DNA of 64,000 nucleotides from the NCBI RefSeq assembly GCF_001194135.2, contig NC_068989.1:49261430-49325429 (forward strand), written 5' to 3'. Under the pieces are notes generated by a model that did not search any database, was not told where the DNA came from, and was given only the letters and a program-made list of their open reading frames with translations. A program made the position numbers and the translations under genes. Shown piece after piece: positions 13,651-27,912 of the stretch. The stretch's first letter is position 1, and the number at the start of each line of letters is the position of its first letter. Source of the DNA: Octopus bimaculoides (lineage: Eukaryota).

Positions 13651-16600
13651 TGATTAATTTGGTGTTAATAATAAACAATTATTAACTTACCAATTTCCAT
13701 TTTCTTTTTCTTCTTATATATATATGTGTATATNNNNNNNNNNNNNNNNNNNNNNNNNNNNNNNNNNNNNNNNNNNNNNNNNNNNNNNNNNNNNNNNNNN
13801 NNNNNNNNNNNNNNNNNNNNNNNNNNNNNNNNNNNNNNNNNNNNNNNNNNNNNNNNNNNNNNNNNNNNNNNNNNNNTATATATATATATATTAAATTCAA
13901 ATTACGATGAACAAACAAAGTTTGCTTTAGAAGCGTTGAGATGTTTTGGAAAGTTAAAAAAGTGATTTTTAAATTCTCAAACAGATGTATATACTTAGCA
14001 TGCGTACAAAACATACATGAATACATACATACATACACACATTAATATGTATGGGCATATATATGCATCTCATCATCATTTTAACATCTACTTATTCTAT
14101 GCTTATTCTAGTTTAGCCAGAATTCACTGAAGCAGATTTTCTACAGATAGATGTTCTCCCTGTCACCAACACTCAGCTGTTTCCAAGCAAAGTATGTATA
14201 TGCATGTATACACACATATACATACACTTATACAAACATAACAAACATAAATATATTCGTGTATAAATGTGTGGTGCAATGCAAGCAAGCCTGAACAATC
14301 AGTTTTCACTTATGTGGTCTTACTGTCAGTTCAACTTTGTTTAGTCTGGCACTTGAAATTTTGCTGGCAGACTTATTCAACAGCTTAATTAAAGCATTTA
14401 TTTAATTGTAAGTATAGTTGACAACATCAAATGTTGTGGTTCTGGCTTTGGTGTCGAAAGCATGAAAATCTCTAATCACACAGCTAAGGATGAGATATTC
14501 CATGTTTTTAAAGAGCTTGTTTCTTCACTGTCGTATATTCAGGGCTACCACTTGAAAAATTTGTTGATATATTTAAATGAAATGACTTTTTTGCAAGAAA
14601 TTTGCAAAGTTAATAAAGAAATATTTCTGGTAGGTAATAATTTTGTGAGAAGGTAGTTTATTTTGAGGTTTTGTGGATTTTATAACATATATGATGCATA
14701 TCTATATAAAAAGCTAGGCACTTTTTGTTAAAAATGAAAAATGCACACCACTTTCAATTAAGAACTCAATGGATCATATGATACAGTATTACATAACTCA
14801 TTTATTGAGCTAATCTCTCTACAATTTTTATATCATCTCAACTGGAGACTAATATCACTGATAATGTTAGCCCTAGCTGAAGCTATATATTAACTGTGTA
14901 GAGATTAACTCTATAAAAAAAAATACTGAACATACACACATATATAATACATAATATATAAAACATAATATATATACATAATATATATACACACAGAGGC
15001 ACGCATGCACACACGTGCGCACACACAACATACATAATATCTATAACAAATTAACTAATATGTAGGAATGTATAAACATTAAAATTATAAAAATACACAT
15101 ACACAGACATGCATATTTGTGTGTGCCTGTGTTTGGGAATACACACACACACACACACACACATACACATATACATGTGTGGGTGAGTGTATGTGCGTGT
15201 GTAATACTATTCATATAACATTTAGAATTAAACATTTTACAAATATATATATGTGTGTATGCGTGTGTATGCGTGTGTATGTGTGTGTGTATTGTTATTA
15301 TTATAATTATTATTTCAAATGTGAATGTGTGTATGTACACATTTGCAGGTATGTGTGCATACACACCCGCATGCATGTATATGTGTGTGTGTAGGTTATT
15401 TTAATAGGATTTTTGAATGTTTTCCAAAGAAACATTGCAACATTTTTTGCTTTTTTTTCCTCTGCTTTTGGATGAAATCCGAATAGCTAGAGAGATAAGA
15501 CTTGGTAGACAAAGCATTCAATGCTGATATATTGAAACACAGTTCTGTTTGCCATGAGCCAACAGTAATTAGATTAACTGCAAGCGAGCAACAACATCAT
15601 TATTATTATCATCATTATTATTATGATTGCTGTTATTCTTATTATTATTGCTATTATTATTATCATCCTCATCATTATCATTATTATTATTAATACTATT
15701 GTTGTTGTTGTTGTTGTTATAAATGTAAGTGTTGGTAATATTAGCAGCAATGTTGATAAAGTAACAAACGCAGATGAGAATAAATTTGATATGCTCACAA
15801 GTTGTCTAGCATTTCCAACATTAACACTCCCGAACAGCATTCATCGGTTATAAAAGCAATCTACTAAATTGATTTAGAAAAATCATGGATTTGCGTCTAA
15901 CATCCAAATAAGAAAACAACAGCAGCAACCTCCCCAAATGATAATGATGATGATGATGGTGGTGATGGTGAATTTATTAAAATAGGTTCAGAGAATATTT
16001 TAAATTAAATTATAGATTAAACGACCTAAAAAAAAAAATAGCATCAAAGTAAGTTATTTCTTTTTCATTTTTTAAAAATTTGTTTATCATATTCGTTTTT
16101 TCCTTCCCAATTAATAATGCTCTAAGATGCATTCTATTATTTTTACATAGTTTCACAGCGGCTCACTTGTTTCATCATTGATCTCTTTAGTCTACAGCAA
16201 TGTGAGTTATCATTTAGTAAAAAAAAAAAAAAAGATAAATAATAAATAAAATTAATAAATAATGAATAAAAAGCTAATAAAACTAAAAAGAAATAATAAA
16301 ACTAGGGTTTTTTGAGGTTCCGTCTTGTCCCACTCATTATAGTTATTAATTTCTAATCTCTAAAACAGAGGAGAAAATCTCTATAGACAGCGTGCTTCAG
16401 AGAGAAGGGAAGATACTAATAGATAAATAAAAGAAACAAACACTTGAAAGAGTAAGTGAAATCAATAAATAGAATTAAATAAATCAACAAAAGTCAATTT
16501 GTTTCTTGCTAATTATCTATGATTACAAGCAACTCTTACCAGAATAACTTCACTTCCGTGTTTCACTAAAACCATTACTAATTCTAATCTAATAATGCAT

Positions 16601-16944
16601 ACTGCTATATAAAACCCAGCAATTTCACAGTTATTTGGTGAGTATTTCTATAAATTTTATTTAATGTGCTTCTTTTTTTTCTTTTTCTTTTTTCTATATT
16701 TTTCTTAACATATTCATTACACTTTCCCTTAGAATATCATCTGTTGGAGTTCAATATCAGAGAGAGATGACAAAAATAACAGTGATATTTTTCTTTTGAT
16801 CAGTCCAATTCTAAGAAAATTATAATGGTGAGACCATTCCCAAAGATATTAACAGTGCTTAATAAACTGGTCCCATTGACCCCTTTAACTATGCTACCAA
16901 CTTGCTTTAGCTGAGAGTATTCAAAATATGACACTTTACTCAAA

Positions 16945-17386
16945 CAGCTGCTTGACCGTAACCAGTTGAGCATGTCCTTAGTGGCTGATGATATGTGCAT
17001 CTCTGATCACAAGCAGAAGTAGTGGGGGAGCATCATAACCACCTGTTGAAAGGAATTCTTTGGGGTTTGAACAATTCACCTTTGGAAACATGGGTGTTTC
17101 ATTCATCATCCTTAAACAAATCTCTTATTCAGAGACCTTTTGAGTGGGATGCACTACTCAACTTAAAGAAAATTCTAATTGGGCTCCACCTGCAAGGTCA
17201 TGTGCTGTTTATCTTGAAGTGAGATCACCATGTCATGCACATATGGTTGTGATGCATGTGCCTGATGTACCCTTATCAGAAGGGTAGTCGTGATGGGTAT
17301 ATTGGGCTTCATATATTTGTACCCCGGTGTCACTTTGATGGCATGCGCTGCTATCGCATTCAATGATAATAATAATAATTAATAAT
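16945..17386 (+). mobile_element. (TAA)n-tailed interspersed repeat, probable non-LTR retroelement 3' region
   Basis: Homologous to the reverse complement of part of 40496-41045; ends in (TAA)n. Confidence 0.7.
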
Positions 17387-17430
17387 AGTTTCAAATTTTG
17401 GCACAATTTGTCAGACACTGTAATTGATAA

Positions 17431-17640
17431 GGTAAATCAGGTATGGGGAAATGCATCATTGCAGCGCATCGCTGTATCCACCTTTTGTTGGTATCTATTC
17501 AGGTTATTATGGACAACATTCCAAGTAGTGTCCCAGTCAGTTCTCATCTTTGTGAAATACATCCCCATTCACCATGGCCATGGGGCATGTGGTCAACCAA
17601 CATGAGCTATCACCCCACCCGGATTCTAAAGAACGGTGAC
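17431..17640 (-). mobile_element. RTE-clade LINE 3' end fragment
   Basis: Minus-strand translation YFTKMRTDWDTTWNVVHNNLNRYQQKVDTAMRCNDAFPHT*, homologous to 21240-21541. Confidence 0.7.
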
Positions 17641-18210
17641 ATTACAAATTCTGTCATAACAAAATGCATTCCAATAGTAAGAATTTCAGGTATTTATAGA
17701 TTAGTATAAGTGTACAGTCAAACTTTTTCAACAAAACATGTAGAAATATCAGGATTTTAACATCCAAATGAACCAGACCATACAACAGAGGAAACCTAAT
17801 ATTAAAGATGTCAACCAAAAAACAATAAAATGCTTTATTACCATTATCAATATCTGAGAGATCACAATATCTCCCGTAAGGATTTTCAAATGAATAATAA
17901 TTACTAAGATCACAAACTAAATTAAACGAACTAAATATCTGACATGAGTCATTGTTAATGAGATTATAATTTTTCAGACTATTAACTTCATCCTTAGAAG
18001 ATGAAACATTTTTCAATATTTACATCTACAATGTTTCAATTAATTTGATTTCCAATAAATAACAGGTGTCTTATTCCTGAATATGAACAGATTAACAAAC
18101 TAGGTTTGAATTAAGAATTTTTGTTCCAAAACTAAAGAAAACATTACTACCTTTAGATTATAAAGTTCCTCAGTTTGAATCTACTCCAGTACTAAGTGTA
18201 TACATACATA

Positions 18211-18255
<45 letters not shown>

Positions 18256-18356
18256 NNNNNNNNNNACAACAGAAACAAAAATAGTAATTGTTAATAATTG
18301 GAGTATTAAATGGCACATGCCCCACCATACCTGAGACATGATAAAAAGAACACTAG

Positions 18357-18575
18357 TCGCAGGAGTGGTTGTATGGTAAGTAGCTCGCTTATCAACCACA
18401 TGGTCCCGGGTTCAGTCCCACTGCATGGCACCTTGGGCAAGTGTCTTCTACTATAGCCTCAGTCCGACCAAAGCCTTGTGAGTGGATTTGGTAGACGGAA
18501 ACTGGAAGAAGCCCATCGTATATGTATGTATATATATATATGTGTGTATATGTTTGTATGTCTGTGTTTGTCCCC
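18357..18575 (+). mobile_element. SINE family A, 5' half
   Basis: GCAGGAGTGGTTGTATGGTAAG...GGGTTCAGTCCCACTGCATGGCACCTTGGGCAAGTGTCTTC. Confidence 0.85.
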
Positions 18576-18579
18576 TCAT

Positions 18580-19026
18580 GCTAATGCTTCTGCCAGCTTT
18601 CCGCCTTAATAATCCTCTCATGGCATGAAATTTTGGGTAGGGATTAAGTTGATTACATTGACTGCAGTGCATAACTAGTGCCAATTTAATCAACCCCAAA
18701 AAGACGAAAGGCAAAGTCAACCTTGGTGGAATTTGAACTCAGAATGTAGTGACAGATAAAATATCGCTAAGTATTTCACCCGGTGGGCTAACGGTTCAGC
18801 CAGCTCATTGCCATTCACCAAATTTTTTGGCATAAGGCCGGTAATTTTGGGGGAAGGAATTAGTCAATTATATCAACCCCAGTGTTCAACACGTACTTAT
18901 TGTATTGAACCTGAAAGGATGAAATGCAAAGTCAACCTCAGCGGAATTTGAATAGAGAACATAAAGACCAACAAAATGCCACTAAGCATTTTGCCCAGCA
19001 TGCCAATAATTCAGTCAGCTTCCCAC
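18580..19026 (-). mobile_element. Train of family M SINEs (short head plus two longer copies)
   Basis: Repeated reverse-complement core AAAGGCAAAGTCAACCT...GGAATTTGAA. Confidence 0.75.
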
Positions 19027-19047
19027 ATGATAATAATAATCATCATA

Positions 19048-19426
19048 ACTGAATTTGATGAGCTCAGAAAATGTAAAGATTTGCTGACTGAAATAAAAAA
19101 AATGTGGTACCTCAAGACGGTTACAATACCAGTGATTCTAGGAGCATTGGGAATGATGACAAAAGGAAATTGGAAATCATTTGAAGTATCATCGCTGTAA
19201 ATTTTCTTTCCTTTTCCCCTGATTTTCTTTGCTTTCATGTTTTCATTTTTTCTTTTTTTCTTTCCTTTCTCTGTTTTTCTTCCCTTGTTTTCCATCATGT
19301 GACTTTATAAATGAACAATCTGGTGTGTTTATTTGTTTTAATGGCCTACCAATGTATACAGTGAGTTTCTTTGCCCTAGGTGTTGGGAAGACACTCAGTA
19401 AGAAATGGAAACAAAATTGAAAGAAG
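19048..19426 (+). mobile_element. Dong/R4-clade LINE 3' fragment, subfamily C
   Basis: EFDELRKCKDLLTEIKKMWYLKTVTIPVILGALG (RLE endonuclease C-terminus); 3' UTR GAGTTTCTTTGCCCTAGGTGT shared with 32889-32955. Confidence 0.75.
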
Positions 19427-19458
<32 letters not shown>

Positions 19459-19459
<1 letters not shown>

Positions 19460-20108
19460 TGGTATAAACACACGCCAGAAAAGGTCACAGAAAACGAGAA
19501 AGCAACCATACTCTGGGATATGCCAATACACACAGATAGAGAAATTAAGGCAAATAGACCAGATATAGTTGTCAAAGATCATAAAGAAAAAAAATGCTTT
19601 CTAATTGATGTATCAATACCAGCAGATGACAACGTTTCTCTAAAAGAAATGGAAAANNNNNNNNNNNNNNNNNNNNNNNNNNNNNNNNNNNNNNNNNNNN
19701 NNNNNNNNNNNNNNNNNNNNNNNNNNNNNNNNNNNNNNNNNNNNNNNNNNNNNNNNNNNNNNNNNNNNNNNNNNNNNNNNNNNNNNNNNNNNNNNNNNNN
19801 NNNNNNNNNNNNNNNNNNNNNNNNNNNNNNNNNNNNNNNNNNNNNNNNNNNNNNNNNNNNNNNNNNNNNNNNNNNNNNNAGTAGGTGCCTTAGGTATAAT
19901 AAAAAAATATTCAGACAAATACATAACAAAAATAGCAGGACTTACAAATATATATAACATACAGAAAATTGCACTACTGGGTACTGCACACATCCTACGC
20001 AAAACACTTTCAATACAGTAAACATAAGAGCACCACAGCACATACCCAAGGCGCACAGAGCTGCACTCGGTAGTGAAGTGAAAGCACGTTATAAAAATAA
20101 AACTACTG
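19459..20108 (+). mobile_element. Dong/R4-clade LINE 3' fragment, subfamily A (gap inside)
   Basis: WYKHTPEKVTENEKATILWDMPIHTDREIKANRPDIVVKD...IDVSIP, the PD..D motif of a restriction-like endonuclease; ...IQKIALLGTAHILRKTLSIQ*; (TAA)n on both flanks. Confidence 0.9.
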
Positions 20109-21239
20109 AATAATAATAATAATAATGATAATAATGATGATAATAATAATAATAATAATACAGAGATAAGGAACTTGTAGTATTTCAAATGTAATAAAGA
20201 TTTATAGATTAATAAAACAATCTGTTTAGAAGAATACCTATAAAATCAAGTCGTCCAAAGTAAAGATCATAAGAAGATTGAGATTATGGCATTTCCTAAG
20301 TGGTAGAGGAGAAATTTCAATAAACAGCCACTGCACAAAATAAATAAATAAATACATAGTACAAAAAAAAAACATTAAACACAACTTTCAACTTGTGTAT
20401 TAAATCTTTATACAAAGGAACTACAATTAAAAGTCATTGATGATTATTCATGCAGCAATGATGTATATTTTCAGCAAAACATTATTAATGTATGTTTTTT
20501 TTCCCCGTTTTTTTTTTTTGCTTGTTTCCTTTTTTTCACAAGTGATAAAGAGGAAGGCTGGCAGAAGGAGATGATGGAGTTATTGGAATAAAATAATAAT
20601 TTGATTTTTAAATTGCCCTAATTCTGAACTGGATTAGAAGTCAGAGGACATGGTAGATTGGACAAATGTTAATTACTGACCAAAGTGTCTCTGGCCCATG
20701 GCAGTATAAAAGAAAGAAAAATAGGAAAAACAACAGCAGCAGCTACCATTGCTAATGCAGATGATAAGCAATAAGGATAATGAAGCTAGAGCTGATAACC
20801 ATAGTGAAATGATGCTGAAGACATATAATAAAAAGAAGATTGGATTGGATTGCCTAAGTTCAGTCGAAGGCCTTAGCATGTTCCCTCCACCAACCAAAGC
20901 CTGATGTGGAGGCCACGAATCTGAGCTTGAAATCATATTGGTTTGATGAGCCTACTCTGCTACACTAGCTTGACATGGCTTGGTAGAGGGGTGCAGTTTA
21001 TTTATTTTTATATACTTATACTCAGGAGTAACGCCAATTACATTGACCCCCAGTTGCTCAACTGATACTTATTTTATCAATTCCAAAAAGATGAAAAGCT
21101 AAGTCAACCTCAGCAGGACTTGGATTCAGAAAATCAAAAAGGACAAAATACCACAAAGCATTTCACCTGGCACACTAATGAAAAGAGTAGAGAACAATAA
21201 TTGTGGAATCACTTTATCTTTAGCCCTTTTCTGGGATGC

Positions 21240-21541
21240 ATACTGTCACTTGCATGATTCAAGAGCATCAGCTTAGACTGTTTGTTCATATTGCTCATTT
21301 TTCTGAGTTAGATCCAGCATACTGTTTTCTTTTCTCAAAAGATCCAGGAAGGATGACACTCGTGTTGGTTGGCCACATGCCGCATGGTCATCATGATTGA
21401 TGAGGAAGTATTTCACAAACATGGGAACTGACTGGAACACTGCTTGGAGGGTTGCCCAAGATGACCCAAGCAAATACCAACAAATAGTGAATGCAGTGAT
21501 GTACTGCAATGATGCTTGCTCTCATACCTGACCTGACCTTT
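21240..21541 (+). mobile_element. RTE-clade LINE 3' end fragment
   Basis: Frameshifted IQEHQLRLFVHIAHFSELDPAY...GWPHAAW...AWRVAQDDPSKYQQIVNAVMYCNDACSHT*, ending TGACCTGACC. Confidence 0.75.
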
Positions 21542-21698
21542 GCTTATCCAAAACATTTTCATATTTTGTCCGAAACAACTATGCTTGTTAGCCCTTGTTT
21601 CATACATTCTGAGTAACATAAAGCTTTACTTTCATAAATACCAAGTTACTCTAGAGGTTGAGAGACAATTGAGAATATGTATCATATATAATACATAT

Positions 21699-21948
21699 GT
21701 GAAGGCACATGGCTCAGTGGTTAGAGCGTTGGACTCACAATCATGAAGTAGTGAGTGTGTTGTGTTCTTGAGCAAAACACTTTATTTCATGTTACTCCAG
21801 TTCACTCAGCTGTAGAAACGAGCTGTGATGTCACTGGTGCCAAGCTGTACCAGCTTTCCCTAACAACCTTACCTGAACTTGTACTTTAGAGGGGAACTTT
21901 CTTGGTGCAATCCTATGGTCATTCATGACCGAATGGGGTCTTTACTCT
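21699..21948 (+). mobile_element. tRNA-head SINE family V
   Basis: GAAGGCACATGGCTCAGTGGTTAGAGCG head; body matches reverse complement of 61844-62180. Confidence 0.8.
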
Positions 21949-22860
21949 ATGATGCATAGAAGCCTCATAGGGAAATATGTCCTCGTTTCACATGTGATAC
22001 ACAGGACTGGCAAAGAGTTAAAAAACAAAAGAACTAAAATCAGCAGTTTACTAAAGGTGACTGTAGCTATTCAACCAGGAGTTGGCTTTGATCCGACAGA
22101 CCTATGACCAAAGGTATTCAAGCTGTAATGATCTTTTATTTACTTATATATTTTTTTAGGAATAGTTTATCCAGTCTATCCCTTTTTAAGGTGATAGGGT
22201 ATGATGTAAGAAAGATTTTGGCTACTATATTTAGCAGGCTGAGTGACAGCCTATAAGGTTTGCTTTTGGCCTAAGCTACTTCAATGTGTGTAAACAATGA
22301 AAGGCATTAACCTATTTGTCAATTTACTTATACTAACAAGAAAACAAAATACACCTGCTCTCTCTCTCTCTATCATACACACACACATATACACATACAT
22401 ACAAATACAGACACTGGTTCATATGTTTTATAAAAGTATGAAACCAGAGATGGTTGAGAAAATAGGATGTTATGCTGTTAGTACCTTTCCCAAGAGCATT
22501 AATGATCTGAACAAATGAAATAAAATGGATCCTAGTAATAATAAAATCAGTTTGAAGGTAGAGAGCATCAATGGTGTCAAGTGTTACCATTTAGATGTTA
22601 GTGACTTCACTTACTAATTGAAGCAGCTAAATAATCCAATAACCTACTTTGTGAAATGCTAAGAGCAATGCATTTCATAGAATTCCTAAGACAATGTAAG
22701 CTAATTAGAAAGAAGTTTTATATATTGATATTTGTTCTAATATGACAGTTCCCAAATGCCTTTTTACCATTTGGAAAGCTGAGATTGAGTTTAAAATCCC
22801 AAGAAAATGTCTAAATGATGTCAGTAACTAGGAAAGTAATGAAGCTTTATTTATGGTTAA

Positions 22861-23069
22861 CTCTGGCATTCAAATTACTCTGTCAAATGTGATGCTTATT
22901 TATTCCCCTTGTTTTAAATTAATCATACATTATCTTGTAGCTTCAAGATTTTAATGGTGTGATTGTTTAATTTTAGAATGACATTGCAGGCTAGGTGTAA
23001 GAGGCCAGATCTGGCCAGTTTGAACATAAAATATTTGAGCCAGATATGGCCAGTTTAAATGCTAAAAGG
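22861..23069. mobile_element. TTAA-type (piggyBac-like) MITE family 1
   Basis: TTAA at 22857-60 and 23070-73; imperfect TIR CTCTGGCATT/AATGCTAAAAGG. Confidence 0.65.
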
Positions 23070-23504
23070 TTAATATGCATTATTCATCACAGAATCAAAC
23101 ATAGGTCTTATTACTGTTAGTACTGAATACCAATGGTTTGGTTGGCAAATTAGTAGGTCTAAATGCTAGCTAACCGACAGTTAATGTTAACTTGGGGTTA
23201 TTATTTTAAAGCAAGTGTAAGAATAACATCACAACATTTACTGATTGTGGAACTTGATACTGAATGAGATATTAAGACGAATAAGCCTGTCTCAGTCAAG
23301 ACAAACTTTAACAAACAGATATGAATGCACAGTTTAATATATCATACCACAATCAATAAAAGACATACCAGTAATATTTTCATACTTGGATTTATTTCAG
23401 TTTACTGCTGTATTTCAAATCAATAGAGTTAGTTGTTGTGGGAATAACAAAAATATGTCAGATTAGTGTTGCAGATAGAGAGCTTGATAAAACATTTCAA
23501 GGTA

Positions 23505-23722
23505 TCAGTGCCATGTCAAAAGTACTCAGCATACACACTGTAAAGTTGTTGGCATTAGGAAGGGCATCAAACTGTAAAAACCAAGCCAAATCAGACTAGA
23601 ACTTAGTGCAGCTCTCTGGCTTGCCAGCTCTGGTCAAACCATCCAACCCATGCCAGTATGGAAAATGGACATTAAAGGATGACGAAGACGACAACAATGA
23701 TGATGATAACAATGATGATTAT
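23505..23722 (+). mobile_element. SINE family N 3' part
   Basis: GGCATTAGGAAGGGCATC motif, (GAT/GAC)n tail. Confidence 0.75.
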
Positions 23723-26189
23723 GATGACAAAAATGACCTCAAGATTCTGAGTTCCTATTCCATTAGAAGATATTTTGAATTTATCTGTTTAGTTAATAAT
23801 GTAAGCACCAGGTATACACTGAAAATAAAACAAGCAGCTTATGTCTGGGGAAAATAAAAACTGATTCTTTTATCAGTGATTTTAAATATTCTATATTTTA
23901 TTTCTGCTGCATGTTAAATAACTTGAAGCTATCTTAGAAAAACAAACCCATCAGAGATGATAACTACATCAAAAATACTAACAAGAAATAAATTTGACAC
24001 AAAGGATGCTTGTATGTGTAAAAAAATATGCTTATGTATCACCATTCACTGTATTAATGAAGCAACTATGTCTAGTTGTGTAAAAACATAACAAGAAAAA
24101 GAATACTTATAAGAAAATGGGAAATCTCTGGTGCAAAGATTTCAAAATAACGAAAAGTAACTCCGTTCTTAAAGCAGAGAGAGAGAGAGAGAGTGAGAGT
24201 GAGCACCATATCCAGATACATTACGCTACTTAGTTTCATATCTTATAAGTTTGCCTTCAAATTCCCCAAGAGCAGATCATTCATTGTTCAGAAAGTACAC
24301 AACTAATATTTTGTATTAAAGAGATTATTGTAAAGGAACAGAATTATGGGAAATATAAGCCACACACCCTTATTTTGTATGTGGATAGATCTCTTTAGAT
24401 TGCAGCTAGTTGTGACTATCACTAAACTAAACTAAACCACTTAAATTACAATATATGAATATTGAACAGGAATGTATTTATTAAACAAGAATCAACAGAA
24501 ATTAAATTCGGGGTTACTTTCAGCTACTCTAGGATTTTCATAGCGACAAAATGTCTAGAACTTCATGCAACTTTGGGCTTAGGAAAGAAGAATTACAAGA
24601 AATGGACAAGTTGGATAGAAAAACTGACAGAGTTCAATCAATGAATGGATTACCATGTTGTTTTATTTTTTTCATATTATTCCCATCAGCCAATTTATTC
24701 AGCATGATCAATAACATCATTATTTTAAGGCCTGCAGAGACATCTTGTCAAAATGGATAACATATTAGATTCCTTGAGCAGGATCATGATTCTGTAACCT
24801 ATTGTGCATTGTGTTGTGTTGTTTCACTGGACAGGAGAGACTGAGGCTTGCAGCCTTAGAAAAGTAGAGTTAAAAAGTTATGTTTGGGTCATACAACCAA
24901 CCAGGTGTACAAATTGCATTCCTATATGTTATCGCCATTGCATAAATTTTCAATTACTTTGTTTTTGCTACATATAGCCATTATTTTCAAGTGACTGATC
25001 ATGATGTTTCACAATATATTTCTCTTGATCAGAAATTAGAAGAAATGTTCTTGTATCAAGGGGGAAAAAAAGCGAAAACAAACAAACAATTTTAAAATTA
25101 CATGGCATTTGATGGGAACTGAAGATATACTGCTATATAACTGCATACTTAATGGTCCTAGAGGAGAAGAAAATAAACCCTAATTCACTAAAGTGTTCAT
25201 GCCTCAGTACTGATAATAACTTTTATGACAACAATGATGATAATGATGACGAAAATGATGATGGTGGGGATGGCGTCATATAGATTTTTATTTTGCCTGT
25301 TTTTACTCTCAAATATGGCCCTTAAAGATATGTTTCTACTGCCACAACAGTTATAAAGATTGAAGATAAATATAATATATAACGCATTAAACTTTTTCTA
25401 AGAGAGTCAAAATTACTATTTCTTATTTTTAATGAGCACAGAATTTTCTTAGCTAAACAGCATTTTTTTTTTATATATACTCATAAATCTAAGTAACACA
25501 AGAAAGCGGTTTAAATAAAGTTTAGTGTTAGATAATAACCATGGAATCTAGAAACTTTTATTTCAGTACTCTTAACATGCTTATTTGTTTGTTTGTTTTT
25601 TTGTGTTTTTTTTTTTAAGAGCTCCACTACCAACAAGAACATTCAGATTCCAATTGATTACTGGATAACGGGAATGTCAGAAAGTAAATATTTGTGTTTT
25701 CTACTCGTGAAGCCTAAAAAAAATGATGACACCAACAAGATCATAATAATTGCATGATTTCTTTTATAGGTATTGCTTTAAATTATTTAGGGAGAATATA
25801 AAATAGAAGGATAAGTCTTTTTTGCCAAAGAAATAACCTAAGAGAAGCAGTTCTTACAGGGTATTGAAACTAGAAAATTTTATGTTTTGTCACATTAGCT
25901 TTAAGCATAATGTCTCATGAGAATATAAATTAGAGGTTAGGAGGGGTTTATTTTCTGATGTTTATTTACATCATGGTTAAAATTAAATGGTTAAACCGAC
26001 TATGGAAGGAGGCGGAATTGATAACACTTGCTGAAATGAGGAATACTGATAAAATTAAATCTATCACATGGAAACCTAAACTTTTTTCATGAACAGAAAA
26101 CCTAGAAAATAATCTCCAATAAGGTCATATCAATCTTGTCTTCTTCAACATTATAAAGACAAAATCAGTAAAAACATAATACAATTAAA

Positions 26190-26400
26190 ACCCTTAAGGT
26201 CACTGCAACTGTTACGCCTCATAATTACTGATCATCTCTCCTGCTGATCTCAAACCTACAACATAACAAAAACTACATCAACCAAAGATAGCCTTTTCTA
26301 TTTAGGACCAGAAAATCCTTCAGCTGTCAAGAGTTGCTCATTCTCTACAAAACAACATTCCACATGCTGAGGCCTGCATATACTGTAGAAAATATCTAGT
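26190..26400 (+). pseudogene. Heavily decayed CR1/L2-like reverse transcriptase remnant
   Basis: Fragments LRLIITDHLS and LLILYKT across frameshifts resemble the post-RT thumb region. Confidence 0.3.
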
Positions 26401-26468
26401 ATCCTCACTGTCATTCACTCTCACCAGTTGTTCATTTCTTGCCATCCACCACACTCTCTCACTTACTC

Positions 26469-26559
26469 TTATCCTCTCAAGTGGAAACCAAAACAAAAAT
26501 TATAATTATAATTATAATTATCCTCTCTAGTGGAAACCAAAACAAAAATTATAATTATA
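26469..26559. repeat. 49-bp tandem duplication
   Basis: TCCTCTC(A/T)AGTGGAAACCAAAACAAAAATTATAATTATA at 26472 and 26521. Confidence 0.85.
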
Positions 26560-27293
26560 CTTATGAGTGATATGTAGCCCCCAGGAGAGCAAAAATGGAC
26601 CATCCATTCATACCAGCATGGAAAGTGGACATGAAATAATGACAAAAATGATGTTCATACACTGATATATACAAAAAAAAAAATACATACAAATATAACA
26701 AGAAATTACAGAATGTGTACTATGACTAGAAAACATAAACAACTATAAAAAAAAGTCTAGGCTATATAAAGTAAATATTTTTTGCTTTGCTTTTTCCATT
26801 TTGACTGGTAGTAAATATATGAATGCATCATAATCCTGATGATGCTAATGTTGTTTTGGTATAAGACCAGACATTTTGAGGTGAAAAGTAGTTGATTTAA
26901 AGAGTCTCAATACCCGAACGATATTCATTTAAAACAAAGGAAGAATTACATCTACATTTTTGTTAGTCTTTAAGACTTCATCTTTCTCTATCTTTGAACA
27001 TACTACTTGGATATATGTTTTCATATCCTTACATACTTTTCTTCTTGTCTATTTCTTTCTATTTTCATTACCATGCATGAATGTGTTCTGTTTCTTCATA
27101 TTTAATAACAAGCATTTCTGATATTTCTTACTCCCTAAACCCAGAACAAACAACACTGCTACGTTTATTTCTATCACCCACACATGTTTCTCAACAGAAA
27201 ACTAATTGCACTAGGTTCACTCCTGCATTTCATCACACTCCTCTCTGTGCTTTCCTTCAATTTCAGCAGGAGAGATTATAATGAATATAGACA

Positions 27294-27297
<4 letters not shown>

Positions 27298-27378
<81 letters not shown>

Positions 27379-27383
27379 GTAAT

Positions 27384-27417
<34 letters not shown>

Positions 27418-27451
27418 NNNNNNNNNNAATAATAATAATAATAACAGTAAT

Positions 27452-27520
<69 letters not shown>

Positions 27521-27530
27521 CATAATAATA
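27298..27530. repeat. (AAT)n microsatellite spanning a 10-N gap
   Basis: Direct reading. Confidence 0.95.
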
Positions 27531-27827
27531 ATGTAAAATAAAAGAACTGTCAGTATAGAAACTGTACAAAGGTGTGGTAAAATTATGTGAAGCAGACCAT
27601 ATGTAATTAAAGAGAAGGTTTTACAGCTGGATACCTTTTCTGATGTGAACCACTAATTTAATAATTTTTATCTAACTGCTATAACCTAAAGCCGAGGTGA
27701 AAAAACATCAAGTAATCATGTGATTAATAATTTAGATGAAATATTCGGTTCGACTACACACACCGCAAAATACACATATATACGTACACAAGTTCATCCT
27801 CTCTCTCTTTCTCAGTATGTATGTATA

Positions 27828-27912
<85 letters not shown>

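Noticed and set aside
14462-14656. YHLKNLLIYLNEMTF resembles a Merlin/IS1595-type transposase tail
   Set aside because: No catalytic motifs or TIRs found; similarity is within chance.
24551-24760. GLRKEELQEMDKLDRK resembles an aldo-keto reductase C-terminus
   Set aside because: Short, weak similarity, no other AKR exons and no convincing splice context.
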